Shown here: positions 28,000-40,398 of the stretch, piece by piece
How positions within the stretch are numbered: the first letter of the stretch is position 1
How the letters are laid out: the number at the start of each line of letters is the position of its first letter
Assembly: GCA_951406725.2 (NCBI GenBank)
Contig: OX597817.1
Span: 58,094,001-58,158,000 of the forward strand
DNA: 64,000 bases
Reading direction: 5' to 3'
DNA from: Octopus vulgaris
Taxonomy: Eukaryota
Notes under the pieces: generated by a model
Database searches by the model: none
Told to the model about the DNA's origin: nothing
What the model saw: only the letters and a program-made list of their open reading frames with translations
Translations under genes and position numbers: made by a program

Positions 28000-30716
28000 C
28001 TGGAATACAGAAGAACAAAGACACAGGGTTATATATTTTGGTAAAGAATCACAAAGTTTAGAGGTTTAAGGCTGTCATCAAACCAACCCAGGAGGAAGGA
28101 GTGGACTGCGGTGGTTAGAGAGGAAGGAGAGAGATATAAGAGGAGGGGGATGAGAGAAAGAGAGGGGGAAGTGGAGCAAAAGATGGGCAGAGAGAGATGA
28201 GAAGATGAAGAGAGTAGTAATGGTGGTGGTGGTAATAATAGTAGCAGGAGGAGAAATAGTTTTAGTTGTTCATTTCCAAGTGAGTTCTGATCAAACAGAA
28301 ATATGATCAAAGATGTCCCAGCAATGACCATTTCATCTTTTTCATAATCAAATAAACACACCTGTAATTTCTTCTTTGAACATTAGTCTGAGAGCAGATG
28401 AAAGGCAAAGTCGACCTCGGTAGAATTTGAACTCAGAACACGAAGACAGACGAAATACCGTTAAGCATTTTGCCTGGCGTGCTAACGTTTCTTCTAGCTT
28501 GTCGCCTAGAAGAATCTTTTCTATTCCAGGCACAAAGCTCGAAATTTTTGGGGAGGAGGGGGATAGTCAATTAGATCGACCTCAGTATGCAACTGGTACT
28601 TAATTTATTGACCCCTGAAAGGATGAAAGACAAAGGTGACCTCTGCAGAATTTGAACTCTGAATGTAAAGACAGACGAAATACTGCTAAGAATTTCGTCT
28701 GGCATGCTAATGTTTCTGCCAGTTCTCGGCTTTTATATAAATGCTATAGAAATATTCAGCTTCACACAGTCGGAGCATATTCCTTCTTCATGTTTGAAAG
28801 ACCCCATGGAGGAATTACCATTCCAACTGAAGACAAGACTACATACCTCATCATTGCTAATAACACCACAAGTGTTATTATGTCCAGTTGTCATGTTGGT
28901 TATATTGACATTCTTCAGAATTTCTTTGAGGAATTCTGTGTATGGCTTCTGTTCCACTTTCTCAATAACTTTACCAAGAATCAAATAACCCAGGTTGGAA
29001 TAACTGTGCCGTTTACCTGTAAAGTAAGACTTGTACAATAATAAAATACAAACAGTCCACCTAGGTTTGTTCCCTCAACTATCAAATTCTTTGAACTTAT
29101 GATAGGTCCAGAAATTAAACAAATTAATCTTGGGCATTCCTTTGTTGTTGCTGCTGTTGATGATGATGATGAAAACTACCACTTGACAAGTTAATAAAGA
29201 TATAAATTAGTTACAGTTTGTGCATCAATTGTTTAACCCCATTTCTGGTTGAGTAGGATCAAAAACCATCCAGCCAGGACCATCACATTCCATTTTTTTA
29301 CTTTCTCCAAATATAATGTGTTTCAGAATAAGTTATTCCGTGAGACTTACTTTTTCTTAGCTGACAAAGCATTGTAATTTAAGGAAGGTTTAGCTATTAT
29401 TTCTACCCAATAAAGTAAACATGTAGAAGATTTTGGCCAGTGGCATGTAAAAAGCACAATCCGAACATGGTCGATGCCAGTCCCAACTGGGTCTTGTGCC
29501 AGTAGCACATAAAAAGCACCATCTGAACGTGGCTGATGCCAGTGCTGCCTGACTGGCTCCCATGCTGGTGGCATGTAAAAGCACCCACTACATTCTCTGA
29601 GTGGTTGGTGTTAGGAAGGGCATCCAGCTGTAGAAACCTTGCCAGATTAGATTGGAGCCTGGTGCAGCCTCCTGGCTTGCCAGTCTTCAGTCAAACTGTC
29701 CAACCTATGCCAGCTTGGAAAACGGACGTTAAACGATGATTATGATGATGATGAAGCATAAAATGAGAGTCTAGCAAAATAAAAAGAAACAAAACCATTC
29801 CAATCAATTTTTTGTTTGTTTCAAGAAATTTCCGGTGGGTAAATTGTAATTACCTGGGGGTAAATTGTAATTACCTGGAGTAAATTGTAATTGCCTGGGG
29901 GTAAATTGTAATTACCTGGAGTAAATTGTAATTTTTTGCTCATCATAAAACGTAAAAGTTTATCTTCTGAAGACATTTCCTTGTTCTTGAAGATATTATC
30001 TAAGTTCCAGAAGACAGCGTCGCCCACTTGGTCTCGATCCCATCCGGCGCTGTGCTGCAAAAGATGTTTCACTGTAATCTGGTTGAGACGATGATCTCCT
30101 TTAGAAGTGGATTTATAATTGTTCAAAATACCTGCAACAAAAAAAGGTATTAGAATATCTTTTAGCTTTTACTTGTTTCAGCCATTAGACTGTGGCCGTG
30201 CTGTAGCACCACCTTCAAGGATTTTTAGTTGACAGACTTGACCCTAGTACTTCTTTAATTTTAAGTCTGGTACTTATTCTATCGGTCTCTTTTGCTGAAC
30301 TGCTAAGTCATGGGAACAAAAACACACCAACACCAGTTGTCAAGCAGTGGTGAGGGACATACACACATAAAGGGCTTCTTTCAGTTTCCATCTACCAAAT
30401 CCACTCACAAGGCTTTGGTTGACCCGAAGCTATAGTAAAAAACGTTTGACCAAGGTGCCATGCAGTGGGACTGAACTTGGGACCATGTGGCTGGGAAGCA
30501 AACTTACCTCACAGTCTCACCTGTGCCTTTCAAAGGAAATCTATTTTAGAAACTTCAGAAGTGCAGGTGTGGCTGTGTGGTGAGAGGTTGGCTTTCCAGC
30601 CATGTGGTTACAGTTTCAATTTCACTGCATGCCACTTTGAGTAAGTGTCTTCTCCTATATAGCCTTGGGACAGTTAAAGCCTTGTAAGTGGATTTGGTAG
30701 ATGAGAACCGAAGGAA

Positions 30717-30760
<44 letters not shown>

Positions 30761-31626
30761 AGGGGAAGTCAAAAATTATCCGCACTTTTACCATAACATA
30801 TCTTTATTATTGTCACTCTGCCTTCAGCGCATGCATGCTTACAGTTGGTACTATTGAGGTCATGTGACTGAAGTTTGAGCCTGATCACGCTATTTTTCTT
30901 TCTGGAAACCATAACGTGTAAAGCCTGGCTGCTCCAATAGCAACATGCACCAAAGAAGAACAAAGAGAAGTGATCTGATTCCTCTGGTCGGAAGGTGTGT
31001 CAGGTGCTGAAATTCAAAGGAGGCTTTTAGTACAAATACAGGGACAGTACACTACCGTGTGGAAGTGTGTATGAGTGGAGTGAGAAGTTTAAAAGTGGCC
31101 GGACAAGCGTAATGTGCACGAAGAGGGAGCAGGACGCCCGTCCACCTCCACCACTGACGAGAAGATTCAGCAAGCTTGTGAGATGGTAAATGGTGAACCG
31201 TTTCACCATTACCTTCTCTCTCAGATCACTGCTCATTGTTCTTCTTTGCTGCACATTGCTAATGGAGCGGCCATGCTTACACTGTAAAGCCAGAAAGAAA
31301 GATAGAGCAATCAGGTTCAAACTTCAGTCACATGACTATAATAGTACCAACTGTAAGTATGCATGCGCTGAAGGCAGTGTAACAATAATAAAGATATATT
31401 ATGGTGGAAATGCGGATAATTTTTGACTTCTCATATATGTATGTGGCATGAAAAAAGCACTCACTACATTCTCGGAGTGGTTGGCGTTAGGAAGGGCATC
31501 CAGCTGTAGAAACTCTGCCAGATCAAGGTTGGAGCCTGGTGCAGCCATCTGGTTCACCAGTCCTCAGTCAAAATTGTCCAACCCATGCTAGCATGGAAAG
31601 CGGACGTTAGACGACGATGATGATGA

Positions 31627-31665
<39 letters not shown>

Positions 31666-34600
31666 TAGATACATATAAACATAAATACAAAGAGATATCA
31701 TCATCATTTAATGTCCCTTTTCCCATTCTGGCATGGGTTTGGCAGTTTGACAGGAACCAACAACCTACAGGGAGCTGTGCTGATTCCTGATGTCTGTTTA
31801 GCATGGTCTTTATGGCTGGATGATGTCCTTCCTAATGCCAACCACTTTGCAAAGTGGACTGGCAGCTTTTTTCATGTGAGGCACCGACTCTAGTCAGATA
31901 AGTATGATTTGTGTGTGTGTGTGTGTGTGTGTGTGATAAATACCAGGCTTAAAAAATAAGTACTGGAGTCAATTCATTTGACTAAATATTGAAGGCAGTG
32001 CCCCAGCATGGTCACAGTCCCATGACTGAAACAAGTAAAAGACAAAAGAAAAATATCGTTTTCTACTCTAGGCACAAGGCCTGAAATTTTGGGGAAGGTG
32101 GGGCAGTCCATTAGATTGACCCCAGTATGCAACTGGTATTTAATTTATCAACCCCGAAAAGATGAAATGCAAAGTCAACCTCGGTGGAATTTGAACTCAG
32201 AACGTAAAAACAGATGAAATACCGCTAAGTATTTCACCCGACATGCTAACGTTTCTGCCAGTTCCACCACCTTAACAAAAGAAAAATATTAAAAACAAAA
32301 CAATCAGTGAAAATTTCACAATTCTGACTTACCTTTTGGTCCAAAGACTTTGGCAGACAATTCCAGCTTCTTTTGCTGCCAAAGAACCAGAATGCCAATG
32401 GCTGTTAAAGTCTTACTAATACTTGCTATACGGAACACAGAATCTGGGTGGACCTTTCGGTCGAGGCTTGCCATTCCATAACCTGGAATATTACAAATAT
32501 TTTTAAAATTTCAAAAAACGTAACAAAATGGCCCTAATGATTCTTCTGTCCTCATAAAAGGGTTCGTTTTTAATTTTGCGGAATAACTATAGTTTAATTA
32601 TTAGCCAGCCCCCAAATCCTGCAACACCATATCTGATGGCATCAAAGACATACAGGTGTATTAGACGCACCTCAATTTCAGCAGAGCATATTCAAGAAAA
32701 AATTACAGTTCTATATTTAAGAGATGAGGAATTATGTACATTATTTACAATATTTACATTTGACGGATATTTGTCCTCATCTTGTTTGTCGTTAACACAA
32801 TGTTTCAGGTGATTTGGGGAAATTTCGAACCAGGGTTCTCATTCCTAAGGTATTTTTTGACATCATTATTAATATTATTATTATTCAGGTCACTGCTTGG
32901 AATCAAACTCGGAATCTTGGGGCTAGTAGCCCACGCTCTTAACCACTACACCATATGTCCGTGGGCAATTACAGAGTGAATTTTAGGGCATATAAACCCA
33001 ACATTTTTGTATCCTTCCTTAATACCGGTTCCCATATGCTACTCATATCTGCACTCGGTCTGCTTAGGTGGTTGTCGTGTCCTAGCATATGTGCTGCTTC
33101 TTTTAGTTTTCGTATTTTCCAGTGGTGTTCTCTGTCTATTATTTTAACTTCATCCCACAGAGGAAGGTGGTCTCTATTTTTCCATACATGATCAGCTATA
33201 CCCTATTTTTCAACATCTCATGTCACAGCTTTACGATGTTACTCTACCCTTATTTTGAGGGGACGGCATGTCTCGCCTTTGTATAACCTACCACAACTGC
33301 AGTCTTTGGTCTAATAATAATAACAATAATAATAATAATAATAACGTTGAAAAATACCCTAGGAATGAGAACCTAGGTTTGAAATTTCCCCAAGACACAT
33401 GATGAAGGCTGGAGAGTATATCAGCCGAAACGTGTTAACAAGAAACAAGATGAGGACAAATATCCATCAAATGTAAATAATGTAAATAATATACAAGAAA
33501 AAATTATTTGGTGCCTTAAAGCTTAAGGGAGGTCAAACTTCACATATAGGATCTGGTGTGATTTTCAGAGAGACTTTTGGAGAAAAAGTGGGTTGTATGA
33601 GAATATTAAGGGTCCTCAGGCATAACTGTTTACCAGGCCTTTTTGAATGTATGTTTTAGTAGAATTAACATGTAGAGTGTTAGCCCTTCAGAGTTCCGGG
33701 CCCTTGGGCAGTGCCTGATTGACCAACGGCTCAGTCCACCCTTGGTTGTATGCCATCGAACAGTAAGTTCTACTAGGTTACATGGTCCTAGTGGCAGGAG
33801 ACCACACCTGACCACACAACAACCTCTGCAGGCCTTGTGGCTATAACAACCAGAATAAAGACATTAGTCTCTAATAAAGACCAAAATAAAGATTGTTAGT
33901 CTTTATTTTTAGCACAAGGCCAGCAATTTTAGCCGGAGGGGGTTACTCAAGGGTTTTGCTCCACTACCCTACCAGTTCTCAATTGGTGCTTTATTTTATT
34001 GATCCCCCAAGGGATAAAATGCATAGCTAACATTGGCAGGAATTGAACCCAGAACATAAAGAGCCAAAACAAAGTCCATGAGGGACTTTCTACAATGCTT
34101 GACTGACTCTAATAATTCAGCCAATCGGCTGATCATAATGCTAATGTGTATGTATATGTATGTGTGTCTGACTTATATGTATGTGTGTAGGTTATATATG
34201 TGTATGTTTGTAAGTAACTTATGTGTGTGTGTGTTACTTGTAAAATGTTCTCATGATCTGACCTTGTCTGTAAATCTGCTCTCCCTTATAACTTAGGGCC
34301 ACAGCAGCCCCTGGGATTCCTTGTTCTTTCATAAAGTTTACAATAATATCATCAAACTGCTTCATATAAATCGGTGGTGCTTCAGTTGGTGAGACTGGCA
34401 GAGAATCTGAAAAGAGATGACGAAAGGGTTTTGCAGTTTTAAGACAATTTTCAGGTCAGCATTCGACAGGGGAGCTACTACAATGTAAGGGTAAGTTTGA
34501 GGGTGAGGTGAGGGTTATCTAACACTGAATATTCTTTGGGGAAGGGCAAGTTACCAAATAAACCCACCTCTTGCATAACGAGAAGATCTGTCAGGAAATT

Positions 34601-35217
34601 AATCATGGGTTATCTCATAGCTTTGAGATATCAATGATGTGTTTGTTTATCTGTAGAATGGTGTTGTAGGATAGGTGTGAGAGGCTGGATCTGGCTGGTT
34701 TGAACACAAAATGGAGGGAATATTTGGGTTGATATGGTTGGTTTGAACGTTAAAGGGTTAATGAATTAAACAGATTTTTTTTTCTTTGGAATGCATTATG
34801 TTGTGCTTGAAAAGACAACCCATCACGCCGAGCAAAATTGCAGTCGTGGCAGATACTGGTGTCGCACAAATGGCACCCGTGCCGGTGGCATGTAAAAACA
34901 CCCTGGTCTCATACAAATGGCATTTGTGTCGGTGGCATGTAGAAGTATGCATTACACTCTTGGAATGGTTGGTGTTAGGAAGGGCATCAACTTGTAGAAA
35001 AACCATGCTGAATCAGACTGGAGCCTGGTGTGGACTTCCAGCATGCCAGCCTGGTCAAACCGTCCAACCCATGCCAGCATGGACAATGGACGTTAAATGA
35101 TGATGATGATGATGATGATGATGATGGTGGTGGTGATGATGAATATTCACTGCTGAAATTGGGATGTACCTTATGTGGGTGTTCTTTCTTACCTTGACTT
35201 AAATTTTCAGATGCCAT
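26722..35217 (-). CDS. Six-exon gene, ~660 aa serine beta-lactamase/PBP-like (class C / LACTB-like) hydrolase with five C-terminal BTRD1/polyglycine-hydrolase-like repeats; join(35217..35193,34406..34263,32482..32333,30131..29916,29016..28847,27999..26722)
   Basis: Exons total 25+144+150+216+170+1278=1983 nt in one open frame. All introns are GT-AG, phases 1,1,1,1,0. Motifs in order: GIPGAAVAL, FRIASISKT (SxxK), ITVKHLLQHSAG, PGKRHSYSNLGY (YxN), WYGFG, WGHTGAMEG (HTG). Confidence 0.92.
28847..29016 (-). CDS. Coding exon 5 with YxN motif (KRHSYSNLGYLILGKVIEK...SNDE)
   Basis: Acceptor tttacag, donor GAG|GTATGT. Confidence 0.92.
29837..29933. repeat. 20-21 bp minisatellite (~4.7 copies) spanning the exon 4 donor
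   Basis: Minus-strand unit AATTACAATTTAC(T/CC)CCAGG(T/C). Confidence 0.9.
29916..30131 (-). CDS. Coding exon 4 (ILNNYK...ITVKHLLQHSAGWDRD...KLQFTPG)
   Basis: Acceptor ttttgttgcag, donor CCAG|GTAATT; LLxHxxG motif. Confidence 0.92.
30759..31433 (+). mobile_element. Mariner-derived MITE with ~230-bp inverted arms and a transposase N-terminal remnant
   Basis: Ends gaagtcaaaaattatccgca / tgcggataatttttgacttc in TA context; CTKEEQREVI*FLWSEGVSGAEIQRRL...KFKSGRTSV...GRPSTST. Confidence 0.85.
32333..32482 (-). CDS. Coding exon 3 with catalytic SxxK (GYGMASLDRKVHPDSVFRIASISKTLTAIGILVLWQQKKLELSAKVFGPKG)
   Basis: Acceptor tattccag, donor AG|GTAAGT, 150 nt; S-I-S-K at 32423-32412. Missing from the ORF track. 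Confidence 0.93.
32706..33488 (-). mobile_element. 5'-truncated Penelope-like element: GIY-YIG C-terminus, terminal repeat and inverted repeat copy
   Basis: CSCGRLYKGETCRPLKIRVE*H...IADHVW...WDEVKIIDREHHWKIRKLKEAAH...SSIWEPVL; direct repeat caagaaaaaatta at 32693-32705 and 33494-33506 (TSD). Confidence 0.85.
34263..34406 (-). CDS. Coding exon 2 (DSLPVSP...FDDIIVNFMKEQGIPGAAVALSYKGEQIYRQG)
   Basis: Acceptor tctcttttcag, donor AG|GTCAGA; typical beta-lactamase N-terminal GIPGxxVAL segment. Confidence 0.9.
35193..35217 (-). CDS. Coding exon 1 (MASENLSQ+G)
   Basis: ATG at 35217, followed by CAAG|GTAAGA donor in phase 1, which joins exon 2 (G|AT=Asp). The exon is short, so less certain. Confidence 0.65.
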
Positions 35218-36917
35218 TTAAAGATCTTCATTTAATTTCCTCAAAAATTTATTTCAGACTGGTGGAGTGGTGGACAAAAAAAAATGTTTTGTAATATTTA
35301 GTTATATCACTTTACATTCAGAGTTCAAATCCTGCTAAAGACCACATTGCCCTTTTAATCTTCCAGGTGGTGGAGGGGAGGGATTAATTGGCTAAACCCT
35401 CTCTTTCTCTTTCAAAACAGGTGCTCTTGTGCCACTGTTAAAAATAAACATGTCTACCTGTCTATCTGCTTGTGTGTGTGCATGTGTGTGTGTAACCAAG
35501 TCAGTTTATTAACTGACATGTGAAGAGTCTCAAGGATGAATTCCTGGTATTTCGTTTTCCTAGTCCTAACATCCTTGGGCAGCAGTGACCCCCTGGCCTT
35601 ACAAATTTGTCCCACTTCCTGAAGGTGTTGGCTTATACCAGAAATCCTAAACAAAAAACTGAAGCTTCAGGTATGTTTCCTTTGATCAAAGAGAGAAACG
35701 TGAGATTCATAATTGAAAATGGTAAGACAACATGTAAAAGGCACCCGAGCCAGTGGAACATGAAAGGCACCCAGCATACTCTGTGGAGTGGTTGGCATTG
35801 AGAAGGGTATCCAGTCATAGAAACCAAGTCAAAACTGACCGGAGCCTGGTGCGGATTTCTGGCTACCGGTTCCACTACGTCTTTCCCATGCCAGCATGGA
35901 AAACAGACGATATGTGATGAAGATGCACCATGGTCGAAATTGTTTCTAACTCTTTCTAATCTTGACACAATGCCAGCAATCTTCAGGGGAGGGCAAATCG
36001 ATTACATTGACCTCAGTACTTCATTGGTTTTTATTTTATCAATCTTAAAAGATTGAAAGGCAAAGTCGACCTTCGCGTAATTTGAACTCAGAACGTAAAG
36101 CGCTGGAAGAAATCTCGCTAAGCTTTTTGTCCCACTTAGCTTACGATTCTACCAGTTCGTCGCCTTACCATGGGTGAACAACAAAAGCTCTATAGAAATG
36201 TATACGACGGGGGAGAGGTATGGTTTAATGTTTAATGTGTAACAAATGAGTGTTTCATAGGTTTACAAGACTGGATCTCACGGATTAGAGGGGACAAGGC
36301 CCAACCCAGAAGAGGTTACATCGAACTTCAGAAGATAAAAACAAACAAACAAAAAACAAAACCCGAAGTTGGCTGAGGTGGGTCAGGTAATTCTCAAATC
36401 CATTTCAATAAGGTTATTTAGCAGTCATTCAGCTCAACACATGTTGTAGTTATTAACCCCGAATGGAAATGACCCCTTGATAAATGATATTCTAGCTATG
36501 GTTGCCTGGTCTTTTATTCGGACAAACTGCATTTTTAACTACAACCATTATGCAATGAGGTATTTTATTCGAACACGATAGAGTATAATTTAAGGGTAAT
36601 TTTGACTGCTATTTCTAACGGGTGGAGTGACTCTACCCCACGTACAGCTTCAGTTGGCCCTGCAGTTCCAAAGACTCGTAATACACGAGAAACGAATTAA
36701 TCAGGAAATGCATGTCAAATTATGGACAAGTCCACCGAAACTTTATCGCCCATCATTAATAGACAGGTCATATGCCGGTGAAGTTAAGCAGGCCGAAACT
36801 TCGAAGTCACTATCAACACTATTCTTGTTAAAGATAATAAATATTTACTCTACAAAAAGTATCGAGTAATCTTAGTTTAATGTAAAATTGTTTTTATTTT
36901 AATTTGACATAAAAACA

Positions 36918-36973
<56 letters not shown>

Positions 36974-38020
36974 GTGTGTGAGTGAGAGAGAGGTACTAAC
37001 CCCTAAAAAAAGGTCCAATTTAATCTTACCCCCTCCAAATTACGGGAACCTGCTTTGTGTTCACGAGATCGTAAAATTCCGCGCCTGTGGATATTACACG
37101 ATACAATAAAAAGGATTTAACATTGTTATATATATACATAGGTTTATATATACAAATATACATGTGTGAAAATAGGAACGAAGCTGCTTTGGCGAAAAGC
37201 GGTCGGAAAAAGTTAATTTGTGAAGAAATTTGTTTTTAAAGAGGAAACTCAAAATCTTTTGTTGATAAACAACAGCCTGATGATAGGGAAGGCAGAGTTA
37301 TGTCCCTTGTTACTTAAAGGTACGTGGCTCGGTAGATGGAATGTTCCATTCACGATTGTAACATTGTGTGTTCGATTCCCGGACCAGGCGGTGCGTGTTT
37401 TTTTTAATTTTTTTACAAAATGTGATAACTTTGACATCAGGTGTATGATATACATGTACAGGCAACGTCGATTTGATGGCGGGGAGTCAGCTAACGTTTG
37501 ATCACAATAAACAAATCATCTGCACAAGTTGTTCGGCAATAAATTGCAGAACGATCTTCTTCAAACTTGAGAGACTGCCATTAAATGGCTTTCACATCAT
37601 TGCTTTATAGCTTTATATATGCTTTGGCATAATTACAGAAGTATTCCTTCATCTCGACTTTGTTTCCTCATAACTTTCTGAAACAAAAAAATAACGGATA
37701 TTTTTTCACGCAATTTTCTACCTCTGTAGCCAGTGGTAGGATTCAACATGGTCAGATGATCCACTACACTCACCACAGTTCCAAACAAGTATAATTATTT
37801 GGCACGGACGTGGCTGCGTGGTAAGCAGTTTGTTTCCCAGCCACATGGTTCCGGGTTCAGTCCCAGTTCATGGCACCTTGGACATATAACTTCTATTGTT
37901 GCCCTCGGGCTAACTAAAGCCTTGTGAATGGACTTGGTAGACGGATACTATGTGGAAACACATCTTATATATATATATATATATATATATAGATAGATAG
38001 ATAGATAGATAGATAGGTAG

Positions 38021-38750
38021 AAAGAAAAAATTGGACAGAAGATGGGGGGGGGGTGAGTAACGGGTTGCTCACCTGAATGGCATGTTATTCCAATTTTTGT
38101 GGAGGAAGTTGGTAGTGGTGGGCCAGAGAACACCTGAGATCTCGACAGCGACTCGACTCAAGCTGATAGCGGCCGGTCAGATAGATAGATATTTCTGTGT
38201 GAGTTAGAGGCTGAGAAACCAACTAAGGAATAGTACCTGTATATATGTATGTATCATCATCATCATCATCATCATCGTTTAACGTCCGCTTTCCATGCTG
38301 TCATGGGTTGGTCGATTTGACTTAGGACTGGCAAGCCAGAAGGCAGCACCAGGCTTCAATCTTGATCTGGCAGAGTTTCTACAGCTGGATGCCCTTCCTA
38401 ATGCCAACCACTCCGAGAGTGTAGTGGGTGCTTTTACGTGCCAGTCAGGCGGTACTGGCAACGGCCTCGGAAAAGTCGTGTTTTTTTTTTTTTTACGTGT
38501 CACTTGCTCACCGGCACAAATGCCAGTAAGACGACGCTGGTAACAATCACGCTCGAATGGTGCTTTTTATGGGATTACTTTAGGTTTGTAGGCGCACTAC
38601 CCAACCACACTTCCCAACCACATGGTTCCAGGTTCAGTCCCCCTGTGTGACACATAGGGCAAGTGTCTTCTACTCTAACCTTTGGCCGACCAAAGCCTTG
38701 TGAGTGGATTTGATAGACAGAGAGTGAAAGAAGCCCGTCGTGTATATATC

Positions 38751-38799
<49 letters not shown>

Positions 38800-39711
38800 A
38801 CCGCTTGACAACCGATATTGGTGTGTTTATACCCCCGTAACCTAGCGATTCGGCAAAATAGACCGATAGAATAAGTACTGGGCTTACAAAGAATAAGTTC
38901 TGGGGTCGTTTTGTTCGACTAAAGGCAGTGCTCCAGCATGGCCGCAGTCAAATGACTGAAACAAACAAAAGATTAAAATTGGAAGATGAAAAACAGAAAC
39001 TAATAAAAGTGTATCTTTTATCTTTCATTTGTTTCATTCAGTGGAGTGTGGCCATGCTGGGGCACCAGCTTCAACGGTTTTCGTCGAACAAAACAACTCC
39101 AGCACTTAGTGCTTTGTCTTTTTTGTTTTAGACCTGGTAGTTTTTTTAGTTTTTTTTTTTATTACCTGATCCAAAATGCCATGCAATGGGATCGAACCCC
39201 AAACCACATTCCTGCAAAACGAGCTTCTTGATAAGACATAATATAGAAGACTAATTATATAATATACAGGAGGAGATGGTCATGGCTGGCATACATTTCG
39301 ATCGTAGGTCTGCTCGGTCATAGTAGACAAAAACGACGACACTAACTCAACTATTAAACAAAACATTGTATCGCCCCATTCGTTGCTCTTATCACACGAC
39401 TAGTTTTCTCTCCTGTCTTCAACAGCAGATACTTCCATAGTTATCTCCCTTTGGCCATTCTATATTTCTCAAATTCTTTCAATATTTATTGTAACTTTTT
39501 TCATCCGTTTTTTTTTTTATAGTCATGAACTAAATAAACAAATTTAGGGGCCTGACCGGCCGCTGTCAGCTTGAGTCGAGTCGCTGTCGAGATCTCAGGT
39601 GTTCTCTGGCCCACCACTACCAACTTCCTCCACAAAAATTGGAATAACATGCCATTCAGGTGTGCAAACCGTTACTCACCCCCCCCCCATCTTCTGTCCC
39701 ATTTTTTCTTT
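38021..39711. repeat. 160-bp near-identical inverted repeat (38021-38180 / 39552-39711)
   Basis: Arms are reverse complements with about 4 mismatches. Confidence 0.92.
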
Positions 39712-39757
39712 GTTTTATTTCAATTAAATTGAGATTCAATCATTATGTAAATAAAAC

Positions 39758-39925
39758 TACCGTAGTTTAACGTGTATAAAGAACCCCCTAAATTTTGAGG
39801 ATTAAAATTTGGAAAAAAATCCCCAGTTTTGTAAGGGATTATAATACCATCCATGCATAAGAAACTTCCATATTTTTTTAAACCTAATTTTTGACAAAAA
39901 TGGCTTCCTTATACACGTTAAAAAT
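39758..39925. mobile_element. pogo/Tc-like MITE remnant
   Basis: Ends taccgtagtttaacgtgtataa / ttatacacgttaaaa. Confidence 0.5.
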
Positions 39926-40398
39926 TCATGATTGCATCTTCGAATATAGTTAACACAGCCTTCACAAATCATTCATGTACACCTAATTTCTTTTGATTAC
40001 AAAACATGGTACTTTGTCAAAGGCCATCTCCATGACAACGAATACCAGCCGTAGTGGTTTACTTTGAGCCAATTATTTCTCCTCACAGAGAAGATTTGCA
40101 CATGTGGTACCTCTTCTCAACACAACGCTCATAGAGCTGAACTGCATTTCACCTAAACTAGGTTTCTTCCTGATTAGTTCAGATGTGACTCTCCCTGTGG
40201 CCTTTGTTGTCTGGTCCAGTAACTTACATAACTCTATAATTTCTCCCCTTTAGAGGATATTCTTTACCCTTGTAGCAATTTCTAATGACACTGCCACACT
40301 AGTCATTGCATATGGCACTCTTTTGTATCACTCGATCTGCTATTCCCATGGCTGTCATGTATCTTATCTCATCACATATTTTAAGCATCTCAACAACT

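Noticed and set aside
35454-35654. Possible additional upstream coding exon of the hydrolase gene
   Set aside because: An acceptor-like site is present but there is no convincing donor or homology; at most a UTR exon.
37318-37405. tRNA-like sequence followed by a poly-T run
   Set aside because: The cloverleaf does not pair properly; most likely a decayed SINE head, not a tRNA gene. The same applies to the SINE heads at 11446 and 52080.
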